Below are positions 23,466 through 33,504 of a stretch of DNA of 64,000 nt, one piece after another. The notes beneath the pieces were generated by a model. It was not told where the DNA came from. It made no database searches and saw nothing but the letters and a program-made list of their open reading frames with translations. A program made the position numbers and the translations under genes. This DNA is from Elsinoe ampelina (lineage: Eukaryota): contig ML992515.1 in the NCBI GenBank assembly GCA_010093995.1, forward strand, positions 363,533-427,532, in the 5' to 3' direction. The number at the start of each line of letters is the position of its first letter. The stretch's first letter is position 1.

Positions 23466-25700
23466 TTGATGGCTTTCGCAATGCAGACCTCTAATGCTTC
23501 CAGCAACATCATCGAGACCAAGAACCTGAAAGCAGAAATGCATGCCCTCCGCATCAATCCAAACCAACTCGCCAGTGTCGAAGCCAGATGTATCGACGCA
23601 GGCCGACGAACTCGTCAAGCATTTCGAGAGCTTGAGAAGCAGAAGTCCAGGGCAGCTAGATTGGAGGAACTGGAACATGCGGCAAAGTACCACCCGCAGC
23701 GGCTTCGTGTCGACATTGCAGTCCTTGAAGATGCGGTCGGCAAGTTTGAGGATGATCCAGAGTCTCTTTTATTGCCCAACAGCCTCAATCACAACCCTGA
23801 AGCCACATATTGGGAACAGGTATTCCTCCCTGCCGACAAAGAGATCCGAGAAGCATTCCACAGCGCTCGCGTCCCTCATGACAAGAACGGCGGATGGTCC
23901 ATGCGCCAGGTCGAAGTTGCTGTTCGACAGTTGATCGTTCTGGCCAAACAAGCCAAGGCCTTCCAAAAGCAGGCACAGGATCTCTTGAAAGAGAACAAGG
24001 CCATGAAGCAGGAGGTGGCGAGGCGGTCTGTTCTGGATGGGTCGACCAGTAGAGCGGGGGCCTCGAAGCATGGTGGTTCGACGTCGAGTGGTTCGCAAAG
24101 CTCTTTCATCACAGGCGATGATGCTGGGAAGGACGCTGCAGCCCTTGCTGCGAAGTTGAGTGACACCGAAGTCGACATCACGGTCGCCCAAAAGCAGCTG
24201 GAAGACGCCAATATTCAGAACGAAGAGCTCAAAGCCAGCATTGCGGCTCTGCAAAATCGCAATGAGAGTCTCAACAAACAGGTCATCAGACTCACCAGCT
24301 CTGGAGATGGTAGTACCAATCTCGAGATGGAATCAGCGCTCAGAAATCTCCAGGAAAACGAGACGGTCCGGGAGCAGGCACACACACAGGAGACCAGGCG
24401 TCTGACATACGATCATATCAGTCAGAAGCGAGCTTTGGAGGATGAGCTATTAAATCTGAACGGCGTCCTCGCTCACGTCAGAGGACAGCTTAGTACATTC
24501 CAGAAGCTGCATAAAGCCCAGCGGGATGAGCTAGAAAAGCAGGGCCGAGTGCACCAAGGCGAGCTGAAGAGCGTACAAAAGGCACTCGACGCCAATCGCT
24601 CGGAGTGCGAAGCATTGTCGGTGAAGTTGGCTGGTGGGTCCGAAGGGTCCTCTGAGATAATCATCGCGTTGCAAGCTGCTATCAAGGATGCAACACATGC
24701 CTCAAGACGCATGTTCGAAGCGGCTGCCGTACCTGCTGTATCACAACAGCCGGTCGAGGACACATCACTGGTTCGAAAGTTGAAGCAGATCAGTGACAAT
24801 GCTGCGGCAATAAGGTCGGCACGAGGAAAGTCAAACCTGTCGACGGCCTCCTGGGATGTCTCCTACAATTTGGCAGACCAGTCACCGCGTCCTGACCTTG
24901 ATCACCGCGAATCGACGACTAGAGCCCCGGTAGCTCCACGTTCGGGAAAAGTTGCTCAACCCAAGACAAGGCATCAGGATAAGGCCATCTCCGGCTCGAC
25001 GTTGCCACCGCCTCAGAGAACCTTCGGCTCTGTTGGCAGATTTGCTCCAGCAGGAGAGCCCGATAGGTCGGCTCCGGCCGGTGGATCTACTCCAGTTAGC
25101 GGATCTGCTCCTACCAGCCGGGATGTACCCGCCGGCCGTCATCCACTCGGTGGAACGTTCCAGCAGAGAGCCTTCGGTGTGCCACGCGAACGCGAAAATA
25201 CTCCCTCAGAGGCTACTATCACGCCCGCGACCTCGGTCAGTGGTGCATCTCCTGTCCATTACAACTTCGGTCGTGGAAGCCGCGAACTGGGGCTGCTGGG
25301 AGGAAAAATGCATCTCAAAGAACACGCGCCAGGCTCACCTCCTCTCCACTGTGATTATGATGACAGCGACATGGGCAAATCATTTCCGAAACCGCCTCCT
25401 CTTCCCCGCGAGGATCCCCTCACCGCGAAGCCCAAGCCAAGTCTGATGGAGCAGGCAGTGAGAAAGATGACAGCAGACGCTGAGAGGAATAACAGACGCA
25501 TGCAGGAGGAAATTGTTCGAGGCTTGGCTAGGTCGCCTGCTCCCCTTCCCGGATTGAACGCTTCTGGCCGCGCAAGTCCATTCGCAAACCGCCAGCCTCA
25601 GGCTTGGACACCAAGGGATACAAGGAGGGTGACGGAGAGCGAGCAGGGTCCGGAGCTCTATAACCCCACTCCTGCGAATTGCAGAAAGGCCCCGAAATGA
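23466..25700 (+). CDS. Orphan coiled-coil protein family A, copy A2 (5' exon uncertain)
   Basis: 744-codon ORF; N-domain VEARCIDAG, TYWEQVFLP, HDKNGGWSMRQVE paralogous to A1, then long heptad region and Pro/Ser-rich tail. Confidence 0.75.
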   Translation: MMAFAMQTSNASSNIIETKNLKAEMHALRINPNQLASVEARCIDAGRRTRQAFRELEKQKSRAARLEELEHAAKYHPQRLRVDIAVLEDAVGKFEDDPESLLLPNSLNHNPEATYWEQVFLPADKEIREAFHSARVPHDKNGGWSMRQVEVAVRQLIVLAKQAKAFQKQAQDLLKENKAMKQEVARRSVLDGSTSRAGASKHGGSTSSGSQSSFITGDDAGKDAAALAAKLSDTEVDITVAQKQLEDANIQNEELKASIAALQNRNESLNKQVIRLTSSGDGSTNLEMESALRNLQENETVREQAHTQETRRLTYDHISQKRALEDELLNLNGVLAHVRGQLSTFQKLHKAQRDELEKQGRVHQGELKSVQKALDANRSECEALSVKLAGGSEGSSEIIIALQAAIKDATHASRRMFEAAAVPAVSQQPVEDTSLVRKLKQISDNAAAIRSARGKSNLSTASWDVSYNLADQSPRPDLDHRESTTRAPVAPRSGKVAQPKTRHQDKAISGSTLPPPQRTFGSVGRFAPAGEPDRSAPAGGSTPVSGSAPTSRDVPAGRHPLGGTFQQRAFGVPRERENTPSEATITPATSVSGASPVHYNFGRGSRELGLLGGKMHLKEHAPGSPPLHCDYDDSDMGKSFPKPPPLPREDPLTAKPKPSLMEQAVRKMTADAERNNRRMQEEIVRGLARSPAPLPGLNASGRASPFANRQPQAWTPRDTRRVTESEQGPELYNPTPANCRKAPK

Positions 25701-26218
25701 GCTTCTGATTAGAGCCCATGGCCCTGGTTGGTTGGTGATGAACGACCGGATGGGTGCGGGAACATCTGCGATTATATAGTTGTTATTGAAAGTGGTATAT
25801 AGATGGAGAGACTGTCACGCGCAGACTGACAGGTCCGATCCGCAGATGCTGTCCAGCAGCTCTAGGCTGTCACTTGTGCGATACGGGTCGCCGGTAGGTA
25901 GCGAGCTGTCTGCATGATTCCCAGTGGACCATGACGCGATTCCCTAATTTGGCGCCTGAGCTTGAACGTGAACAGAAAACGCACAGCTTGCTGTCGGGGA
26001 AAGAACGAAGTGCTCTTCAAGCAAACGAGCGTTGTCTGACTTTGCTGCATCCTTTGCCGTGAACTCATTGATGCTCTAACGACGGCTGGCATAAGCTCTG
26101 CATCATCATCGCCTTCTGCATCTTGAGATTCATCCTTTCCCAGCAGTAACGAGAGGCAGGCTGACAGCACTCTTCGCTTCATTGTCTATCTTCTAGCACC
26201 ATCACTGTCATCGCCAAT

Positions 26219-29194
26219 ATGGACGGCAATATGGACGAAGATTATGATATGCTGGACGCATCAGAACCTGATGATACGGAGACCTATACATCCTCTCCTG
26301 GTCTGCGTCGACGACTTTCGAGACGGCCACCTCGCGTACGAGCCCATTCACGCTACCTTGGAGGGACGCAAGATCTTCTGACTGGACCCACGGTAGCCAC
26401 TCCTCCTTCCCGTCCGCGTCCAGTCTATATTGCCTCTTCTGAAACATCTGCGTCGCGTTCTCAGCCAGTCGCCATTGGTAGACCTTCTCTCCCACAGCGA
26501 CCACAACCACAATACTTGCCCAGCGATACCGGTACGCCATTCTCAAGTCTCAGCCTACTCTACGCCTCGGATCCCGCACGCAGTCGTGACGGAACACCGC
26601 GACTGACTTGGCCTGATTCCTCAGATCCCTTACACAGTAGCGAAATCACAGAAGAATCACCACGCAGACGGGAGACACTGCCACGTGAGGAGCAATCACC
26701 ACAGTTAATACCAGGTGAGCACTTGGTAGAAGCTCATCTTCGATCCATGATCCCGCCGGCCAACATCGGTGCTCCATCCTTACCACGACGACTTGGTAGG
26801 AGGGAGGTGGCGACGTCTGGTTTTCGCATCTTCAATCCTGCTGCGGAGCCTGGTTCGATAGATGGCGACGATGGGGAGATCTCGGAGCTCTCAGCGTCGG
26901 TCGTGAGCTCACACTCATCTGACGTGCAGATCACGGGAGGCACAACTCCTCCACGACCGAAGACAAATCAGCAGACGGTCGTAATCAAACAGGAGCCACT
27001 GTCGGACGATGATTTGAAATTCACCTTCAACGATGGTTACGATGACGACGGATATGAAGTGGCCGAGCGTGGAGACGATCAGTATGGCGGCGAAGACGTT
27101 GAGGATGAGGAAAGAGCGGACGACGACGAAGAGCATGGAGATGGGGATAGAAGCTTGGACGGGGATGAGGGCGAGGACAAGGACGATGGCGATGAGCACT
27201 ACGAGCAGGGCGAGGGTGGAACACAATATGAAGAGGCCTATGAGGCTGAGGCACAGACTGAGCACGCTGGCGACTGGCGCGCTACTGCCACTGGTAGGAA
27301 GCTGCCTACGACTCACCAGGCCGGCTCTGACCCCGAGTCTTCGGTGGACCACCCTACGGACGTTCCACGGGATCAGCGACGGGCAGCGCAAAGGATGGAT
27401 TATAATGTTAACAACCATCCTGATTTCGCTAGCTCTCAACTTCAAGTAGAGATGTCCCCCGAACAGGTGGGGCAAGAGCTTCTTCCTACCCTCGTCAACA
27501 GATTTGAGGATGCTTTCGACATAGGATTGGAGAATCGGACAATTCCAGTCAAGAACGAGGAGTCTTTGATTATGGGTCTTCCCCCTTACGAAAGTTTCGA
27601 AAAGTCTCAAGGTTTCCAGACTCTTCAGAGGAGGCGTGAGCATTGGTTGCAACGCGATACAGACAAGTACGACAAGTTCTTCGTCAACACTGACAGAGGC
27701 GCAATGTATGCTACCTACAGGCGACACACAACAATCACTCTTCTGGAACTCATATACGCTATCGACATCGACAGTCCACAGAAGGGCGTTTATAGTGTTG
27801 TCAGCAATCGAAGGGGATCAGCAGGGTTTTGCGAGGATGGCATAGGCATCATGGTACACTTCACCCCCGACATGGTATCCTGCATGCTGAAAGACTGTAT
27901 TGGCGACGCACTGCTTCACGATGAGATTCAGCATGCGTGGCCTACCTCCACCCCCGCTGCCACACCTGGAAACCCACAAGCATCACGGACCGAGATCTAT
28001 GGTCATGTTTTTCGCCGCGAAGGCTTCTCCAAGGAAGCGACAATCCACGGTTTTGCTGGCAACAGACTGATGCGTCCGACTTGCAATGATGTTGCCCTTC
28101 TCTTGCAATGGATGAAGGCGTACGCAGAAGGAGTTACCATCAATCGCGAGGCCGGTGGCGCTGTTGGGGGCGCACAGAGCATTGAGAGAGGCCACATCTG
28201 CGTCCAGATCGATAAAGCCATTCCTTCCGCATACGATACCAATAATTCAGCTCGGCCCGTCAAATCAACAAGGAAGTACATCCGGAATCAAAATGACATT
28301 GACAACGTCCGCAAGTTTATCGAAGCCAATACGGCGCGACTTGAAGGCACCATGCATGCTAGGCGACTGGTGGGGACAGATGAATGTGATTTCGACATCT
28401 TCGAAGCTGGGTACACCGACAATGCTTCCAGGCGCAAGACAGAGCATGCCCGTCACGCGAGCTCCAACCGATTGCTCTACCTCGTCGATGCCATCTTCCG
28501 GACTCTACTTGCTTCTTCAGGCGTTTCAATGATCTACCGCACAATCATGGTCCTCGACAGCCCCGACCAAGCTGGCCTTGCCGAACATCTTGTTACAAAG
28601 CTTGGCGGAGGTTACGTGGAGGATGGCGGTTGCAATGGCACCTACGCAGGACACTCGGTGGGCAAATCACGTACTATCGACCCCTTGATCTATGAATTAC
28701 AGCGGCTTGAGAATGTTCAGCGTGGCGTGGTGACCCACATGGCACAAGTGTTCTTGGAGGAAGCGAACCAGAAGCTCGGCGGCTACAGTGAGGAGACGAC
28801 CAGCATTAGCAAGACACTCGCATACGCCAACGCCAAGATCACGAGAGAAGCCTTGCGGGCTCACGATGTGCTCACAGAAGCCAACCAGTTGCGAGAGTTC
28901 AACAGGGCTCGCATGCTCAAACTGGCCCCGGATGCGCTCAAAGCGATGAGACTGTACACTGTGGTAGATGATCATTTAGAAGACATGATCGATGATTTCA
29001 GTCGATATTCTGCGCTCGACCGCGTCAGCGTGCTAAGTCTGCAGCAAGCCATAGATCAAGCGTCCATGAGTCACCTGAATCCTTTCAAACGGCCACCTCC
29101 TGAGCAGGATCTCACTCAGGAAGCCTCCAGCACAACTCAAGTCACGAAGTCTAGCTCTGCCTACCTGCCCAGCAGCCAGAGGAAGGGACAGTAA
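26219..29194 (+). CDS. 991-aa protein: disordered acidic N-terminus plus putative GIY-YIG-like nuclease domain and helical C-terminus
   Basis: Intact intronless ORF from ATG; ordered motifs EIYGHVF, FEAGYTDNASRRKTEHARHASSN, QAGLAEHLVTKL, GGCN resemble the GIY / YIG-R-H / E / N pattern. The gene is likely real; the fold call is an inference. Confidence 0.55.
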   Translation: MDGNMDEDYDMLDASEPDDTETYTSSPGLRRRLSRRPPRVRAHSRYLGGTQDLLTGPTVATPPSRPRPVYIASSETSASRSQPVAIGRPSLPQRPQPQYLPSDTGTPFSSLSLLYASDPARSRDGTPRLTWPDSSDPLHSSEITEESPRRRETLPREEQSPQLIPGEHLVEAHLRSMIPPANIGAPSLPRRLGRREVATSGFRIFNPAAEPGSIDGDDGEISELSASVVSSHSSDVQITGGTTPPRPKTNQQTVVIKQEPLSDDDLKFTFNDGYDDDGYEVAERGDDQYGGEDVEDEERADDDEEHGDGDRSLDGDEGEDKDDGDEHYEQGEGGTQYEEAYEAEAQTEHAGDWRATATGRKLPTTHQAGSDPESSVDHPTDVPRDQRRAAQRMDYNVNNHPDFASSQLQVEMSPEQVGQELLPTLVNRFEDAFDIGLENRTIPVKNEESLIMGLPPYESFEKSQGFQTLQRRREHWLQRDTDKYDKFFVNTDRGAMYATYRRHTTITLLELIYAIDIDSPQKGVYSVVSNRRGSAGFCEDGIGIMVHFTPDMVSCMLKDCIGDALLHDEIQHAWPTSTPAATPGNPQASRTEIYGHVFRREGFSKEATIHGFAGNRLMRPTCNDVALLLQWMKAYAEGVTINREAGGAVGGAQSIERGHICVQIDKAIPSAYDTNNSARPVKSTRKYIRNQNDIDNVRKFIEANTARLEGTMHARRLVGTDECDFDIFEAGYTDNASRRKTEHARHASSNRLLYLVDAIFRTLLASSGVSMIYRTIMVLDSPDQAGLAEHLVTKLGGGYVEDGGCNGTYAGHSVGKSRTIDPLIYELQRLENVQRGVVTHMAQVFLEEANQKLGGYSEETTSISKTLAYANAKITREALRAHDVLTEANQLREFNRARMLKLAPDALKAMRLYTVVDDHLEDMIDDFSRYSALDRVSVLSLQQAIDQASMSHLNPFKRPPPEQDLTQEASSTTQVTKSSSAYLPSSQRKGQ

Positions 29195-29380
29195 CGATCA
29201 CCTATTTCGGTACAATCTCGATAGTATCTGTAGACGTAGCAACCCAAAAAAGAAAAACACCAGTATCCTTACCTACTCGTGCTCAAGCCATCCGGTGACT
29301 TCGTCTGCCATCTCAAATGTCATCTGTGCTTCTGCTGAACATCGCCCCATTTGCGAGTGTCGTATGAGTCTCAAGCATCG

Positions 29381-29491
29381 GTCAATTGTCATGTATTCGG
29401 TGGTTCCGCGACCCAAAACTCACGTCCGACCCTTCAATACAACACACCCTTCGTACTCGGCACCTCCCCCTCCCTCTCCTTAACCCTACTC
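29381..29491 (-). pseudogene. HIS3: Displaced duplicate of the HIS3 3' end (last 18 codons + stop + part of 3' flank)
   Basis: 29434-29490 encodes [18 protein letters not shown] vs [18 protein letters not shown] at 49755-49811 (53/57 nt identical); flank catgtattc.gtg.ttcc and cacgtc.gacc.ttca also shared; same orientation as HIS3. Confidence 0.95.
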
Positions 29492-29989
29492 AACTCCAGT
29501 CCACAAGGAAAGCGGCTTCTGCTGTCGGGCTGACCACTCCGGACTGCATGAGCACCCTTTCTACCTTTGAGGTCCAAGCACAGAAGGGTAAAGGTAGAGC
29601 AGCGGAGTCTAGCCCCAGCGACTTTTACAAGGTTACGCCTCAGGGTCGGCGGGGTTCTCCAGGAGAATTCTCTAGGTGAAGGGCAGGTAGCGACCGCTAC
29701 TGGGAGGACAGTTCTCGCGGGTGATGCGCACCATGGCAGAGACCCAGAATGGAACGGATGTGCTTTGGCAGTGGGACAAGATCAAATGATAGCAAGAGGG
29801 GACAAGTTGGCTGATATGGAGCCTCCAAGCATGCTCGGAGACTTTTACGATAGACAGTATTGAAACCTTGACTAACATGTCGTGCAAGATCTGTTTCAGT
29901 GATTTTCTTACCCGTTCACGCCGCCCTGGTAGGTGTTTCATGTCGAACTACTAGAGATGGAAAGATTGCAGCTTGGGGCTTGTGTTGTT

Positions 29990-30218
29990 GAAGAAGTCGT
30001 ACTACCAGAATTTCACTGGGGAGATAGGTCATTGACTGCAGGTGAGGCATGCGGCCTGGTAGTATCCCTCGATGAAACTGCTAGAGGCAAAAGGAGAAGG
30101 TCCAGGTGGAGGTAGTAAAGCAGTGTAGAGCTGGTAAAGCCTACTAGGTAGTACAATCACAGGCAGACAAGATGAAGAAGGTCAAAGCTGGTGGTTTTCA
30201 AGAAATAGTACTGTACTA
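29990..30218 (-). repeat. Inverted copy of the CTGGTAGT-dyad minisatellite, continuing at 39776-39802 beyond the transposon
   Basis: aggcagacaagatgaagaaggtcaaagctg...gtacta|ccagatttcgagcagggggacggg matches the reverse complement of 20854-20930. Confidence 0.8.
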
Positions 30219-30399
30219 CAGGGCTTTTCAGTTCAAACGAGCCACCCCCAGGCTTGGCGCACGCTTTACTGACTTCTAAGCTACAAATTTTAGTAGCTAG
30301 AGGTCTAGATAGTATATAGTTATAAATTTGTTATTATTAACTAAAATTAAAGCTCAAATAAGATATAATAAAGATAGTATACCTTTACGTAAGTATATA

Positions 30400-32250
30400 A
30401 TAGCTAAAAAGTACTCTACTACTCTCCCTTACTACTAGCCGGCTTATAATAAGAGGCTTTTAAGAGCTACTTATAAGGCTAAAGAGGTAGTTAATACTTT
30501 ATAAGAGAAAGAGATAGTAGTAGAGTTATTACTAGTACTATTATAGTCTTCTTAGCGCTCTTCTAGCTCTCTTAAAGAGATTAATCTAGTTTAATAGAGG
30601 CCTTTAATACTATAACTATAAGCTAGCTAAACGCTAGTACCTTATCTAGTCCTTCTAAATATAGACTAAGCTCTTCTTAAGTATATTATAGCTAAAGGCA
30701 CTATAGCTTCTTTTACTACTAACTAGCTAAGGCCTTTAATTAAGTAACTACTACTAAGAAGGCCTTCTTTCTAGATAAGAGTAGTAGTAGTAGTAGTAGT
30801 AGAAGAGAAAGAGTTAAATAAGAAGCTAAAGTTAGTAGAGAAGATATTAAAGAAGAAAAGGAAATAGTTTATTAAGAAGGTAGCTACTTAAGAGAAGAAG
30901 AAGTAGAAGAAGAAGAAGAAGACTACTATAGAGGCTACTATAGCCTCTATAGTAGCCTCTATATAAATATCTCTATTATTACTTCTACTAGAGACGTAGG
31001 AGAATTACTTAAATAATTCCTTTACTAGTTACTTAGTAGATATAAAATTAATAGTAAAGCTTAGATTAAAGAAGGTAGCTCTAGATAAGTATACCTTTAA
31101 CTAGCTAGCTAAGATCTTATAGTCTTCTATATTAGATTAGGTAGTAAAGAAGGAATTAGCTAGCTTAGAGTATAATATTATTCTTCTTAAGGTTAATATA
31201 ATTACTTAGTATAGTAGCCTTAAAGAGATAACTACGTAGCCTTTACTATAGTATAGTTAGCTAACTTTAAGAACTTAACTAGTAAGCTAGAGGTATAGGC
31301 TCGAAATAAGTAACTACTATTAAAGGCTAGCCTAAGTATAGTAATAAAGAAATTAACTCTAGTACTATCCTTAGCTTAAGCCTCTTAGCTATAGCCTCTT
31401 TTAACTATACTAATCTCTTAATTAATAATAGTATTACCTTCTATACTATAAGCCTTTTCTACTCTCTTACTAGTATTAGCTTAACTATACTCTCTCTTCT
31501 CTTTATAGTCTTTTTAAGATACTATACCTTCTTAAGGCTATACCTTAGTAACTAGCTAACTATATAGTATATTAGTAGTAGTAAATAGTAATTAAGAGCT
31601 AGATTTAATATAGTATTAGAAGTATATAGATTAGACTTATATAAATTTTAGTAACGTATACTAGAGAACTATTAAGAGTAAGTACTATAAGCTAGATAAG
31701 GCTATAAGGCTTTAATAGAGCGCTATAGTAAGAAGTAATAGCTATAGTATTAATTAGCCTTCTCTAGTACTTATAATTACTCTTAATAGAAGTAGGTCTC
31801 TAAGAAGAGCTATCTTAGAGATCTTTATTAACTTACTATATCCTATACTACTAACTCTACTACTAGCCTATTTAGCTTTACTAGTACTAGTTAATACTAT
31901 TAATATTACTAATATATACTTAGAACTACTACGCTATATACTTCTCTAATTCTTACCTTCTTTAAGTAGTATAATTACTAACTTTAAGTAATTCTTACTT
32001 ATTAGTTCTAATACTAATCTAGTAGAAGTTTTAGCTAAATTCTTTAACTAGTTAAAAAGGAAAAAGGCCTTTAAAAGGTAAAAGGCTATACTTAATAATA
32101 TAGAGTTTAGATTAAAGAGTAAGAATTATAATATTAATAGCCTCTAAGGTATTAATCCCTCTTATTAGAGAGAGGAGTAGTACTTTAATAAAGGCCTCTT
32201 AGTATAGATAATTAGTAAGATAAGCTTCTTTAAGCGCTAGCGCCTTTAAT
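30400..32250 (+). pseudogene. RIP-degraded second (cargo) ORF inside the Tc1-like element, convergent with the transposase; limits approximate
   Basis: ~1.9 kb of TpA-saturated, coding-like sequence with a Glu-rich run (30840-30925) and a helical-looking segment (..VEVLAKFFN*LKRKKAF..); product not recognised. Confidence 0.4.
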
Positions 32251-33300
32251 AGTAATATTATACTACTTAGTAGACTAGATAGCCTTCTAAAATTAGTATA
32301 AGAAGAGATAGTAAAAAACTAAAATAGTAGTATAGAGTTTTTAATATCTCTTAGTACTAGTAGATATTAAAGCTAAGTTTAACCTTATAAGCCTTCTATC
32401 TCTTTATACTTATCTATTTATCTTATACTATATCTATAGCTTTTAAAATAGTTTCTAGCATCTTTACTATAGTATAACTAAACTACTAATACTAAGAAGT
32501 TCTAATATTTATTAAATTCTATAGCTAAATATTAGTACCTCTTTACCTATACTTTAAGTACTAAGAATAACTACTTAATAGAGTTAAAATCTAGTAAATA
32601 TAGTAGTAAGTACTTAAGGTAGCTTCTATATTTAATTATAAGCTCTTTTACTTTATTATAGTAATATATTAAGGTATTATCTATAACTAGAATTAAGCTA
32701 GCTAGTAGCTATAGTAGTACTAACTTCCTTAGCTACTAGATAAAGATATTTTTTATAATTAAGCTATAGTAGATAAGTACTCTATTAAAGTATCTATTTA
32801 TAGTAATTACTAGAAGTATATTCTAGCGCTTACTTTTTTACTTTAGCTAACTATTCGTATAGTTAATACTAATAAGTATCTATCTATATCTCCTCTATAT
32901 AGTATACTTATTATAAGCTAACTTATTAATATAAATAATACTTTTAACTAGCTAGCTCTTATAGTATATACTTTAATTATTTCTTAATATAGTATCTCTT
33001 TTTATAGCTACCTTCTTAGCTACCTTCCTTAACTACTTCTAGCGCTTAATTATTCTCTAGATAGTATTAATAGATACTAGTATAGTATAGATCTTAAAGA
33101 GAAAGTCCCTTACTTTATTAAGATAGGCTATAGGAATATTATTAAGGTATAGAATAACTTACTTAGAGTAGTATTAGTAGATAGTAGAGACTAGTAAGAG
33201 TAAGACTTATATCTTTAAGAGCTAGAGATAGTAGCCTTAAGTAGTAGTTAACTTTATTAAGAGAATAGAAAGTACTAAAGAACTTAATTAATAGCCTTAT

Positions 33301-33504
33301 TAATGCAAGATAGATACGAACTAGATTTAGTTAGGATATAGTTTAGATTAGTTATGTAATCTTAGTATTATAGCTTAGGCTTCTAGCTGCTTTACTCTTA
33401 ATATTATATGTACTTTATATACTAGCTTTTCTTCTTCTTCTTCTAAGTCTTAATATCTTAACGAATAGACATAATTAACTCCCTTACCTTACTAGTTATA
33501 ATTA
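33301..33504 (+). repeat. 5' LTR
   Basis: Direct repeat of 39289-39492; ends TA..TA are RIP products of TG..CA. Confidence 0.95.
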
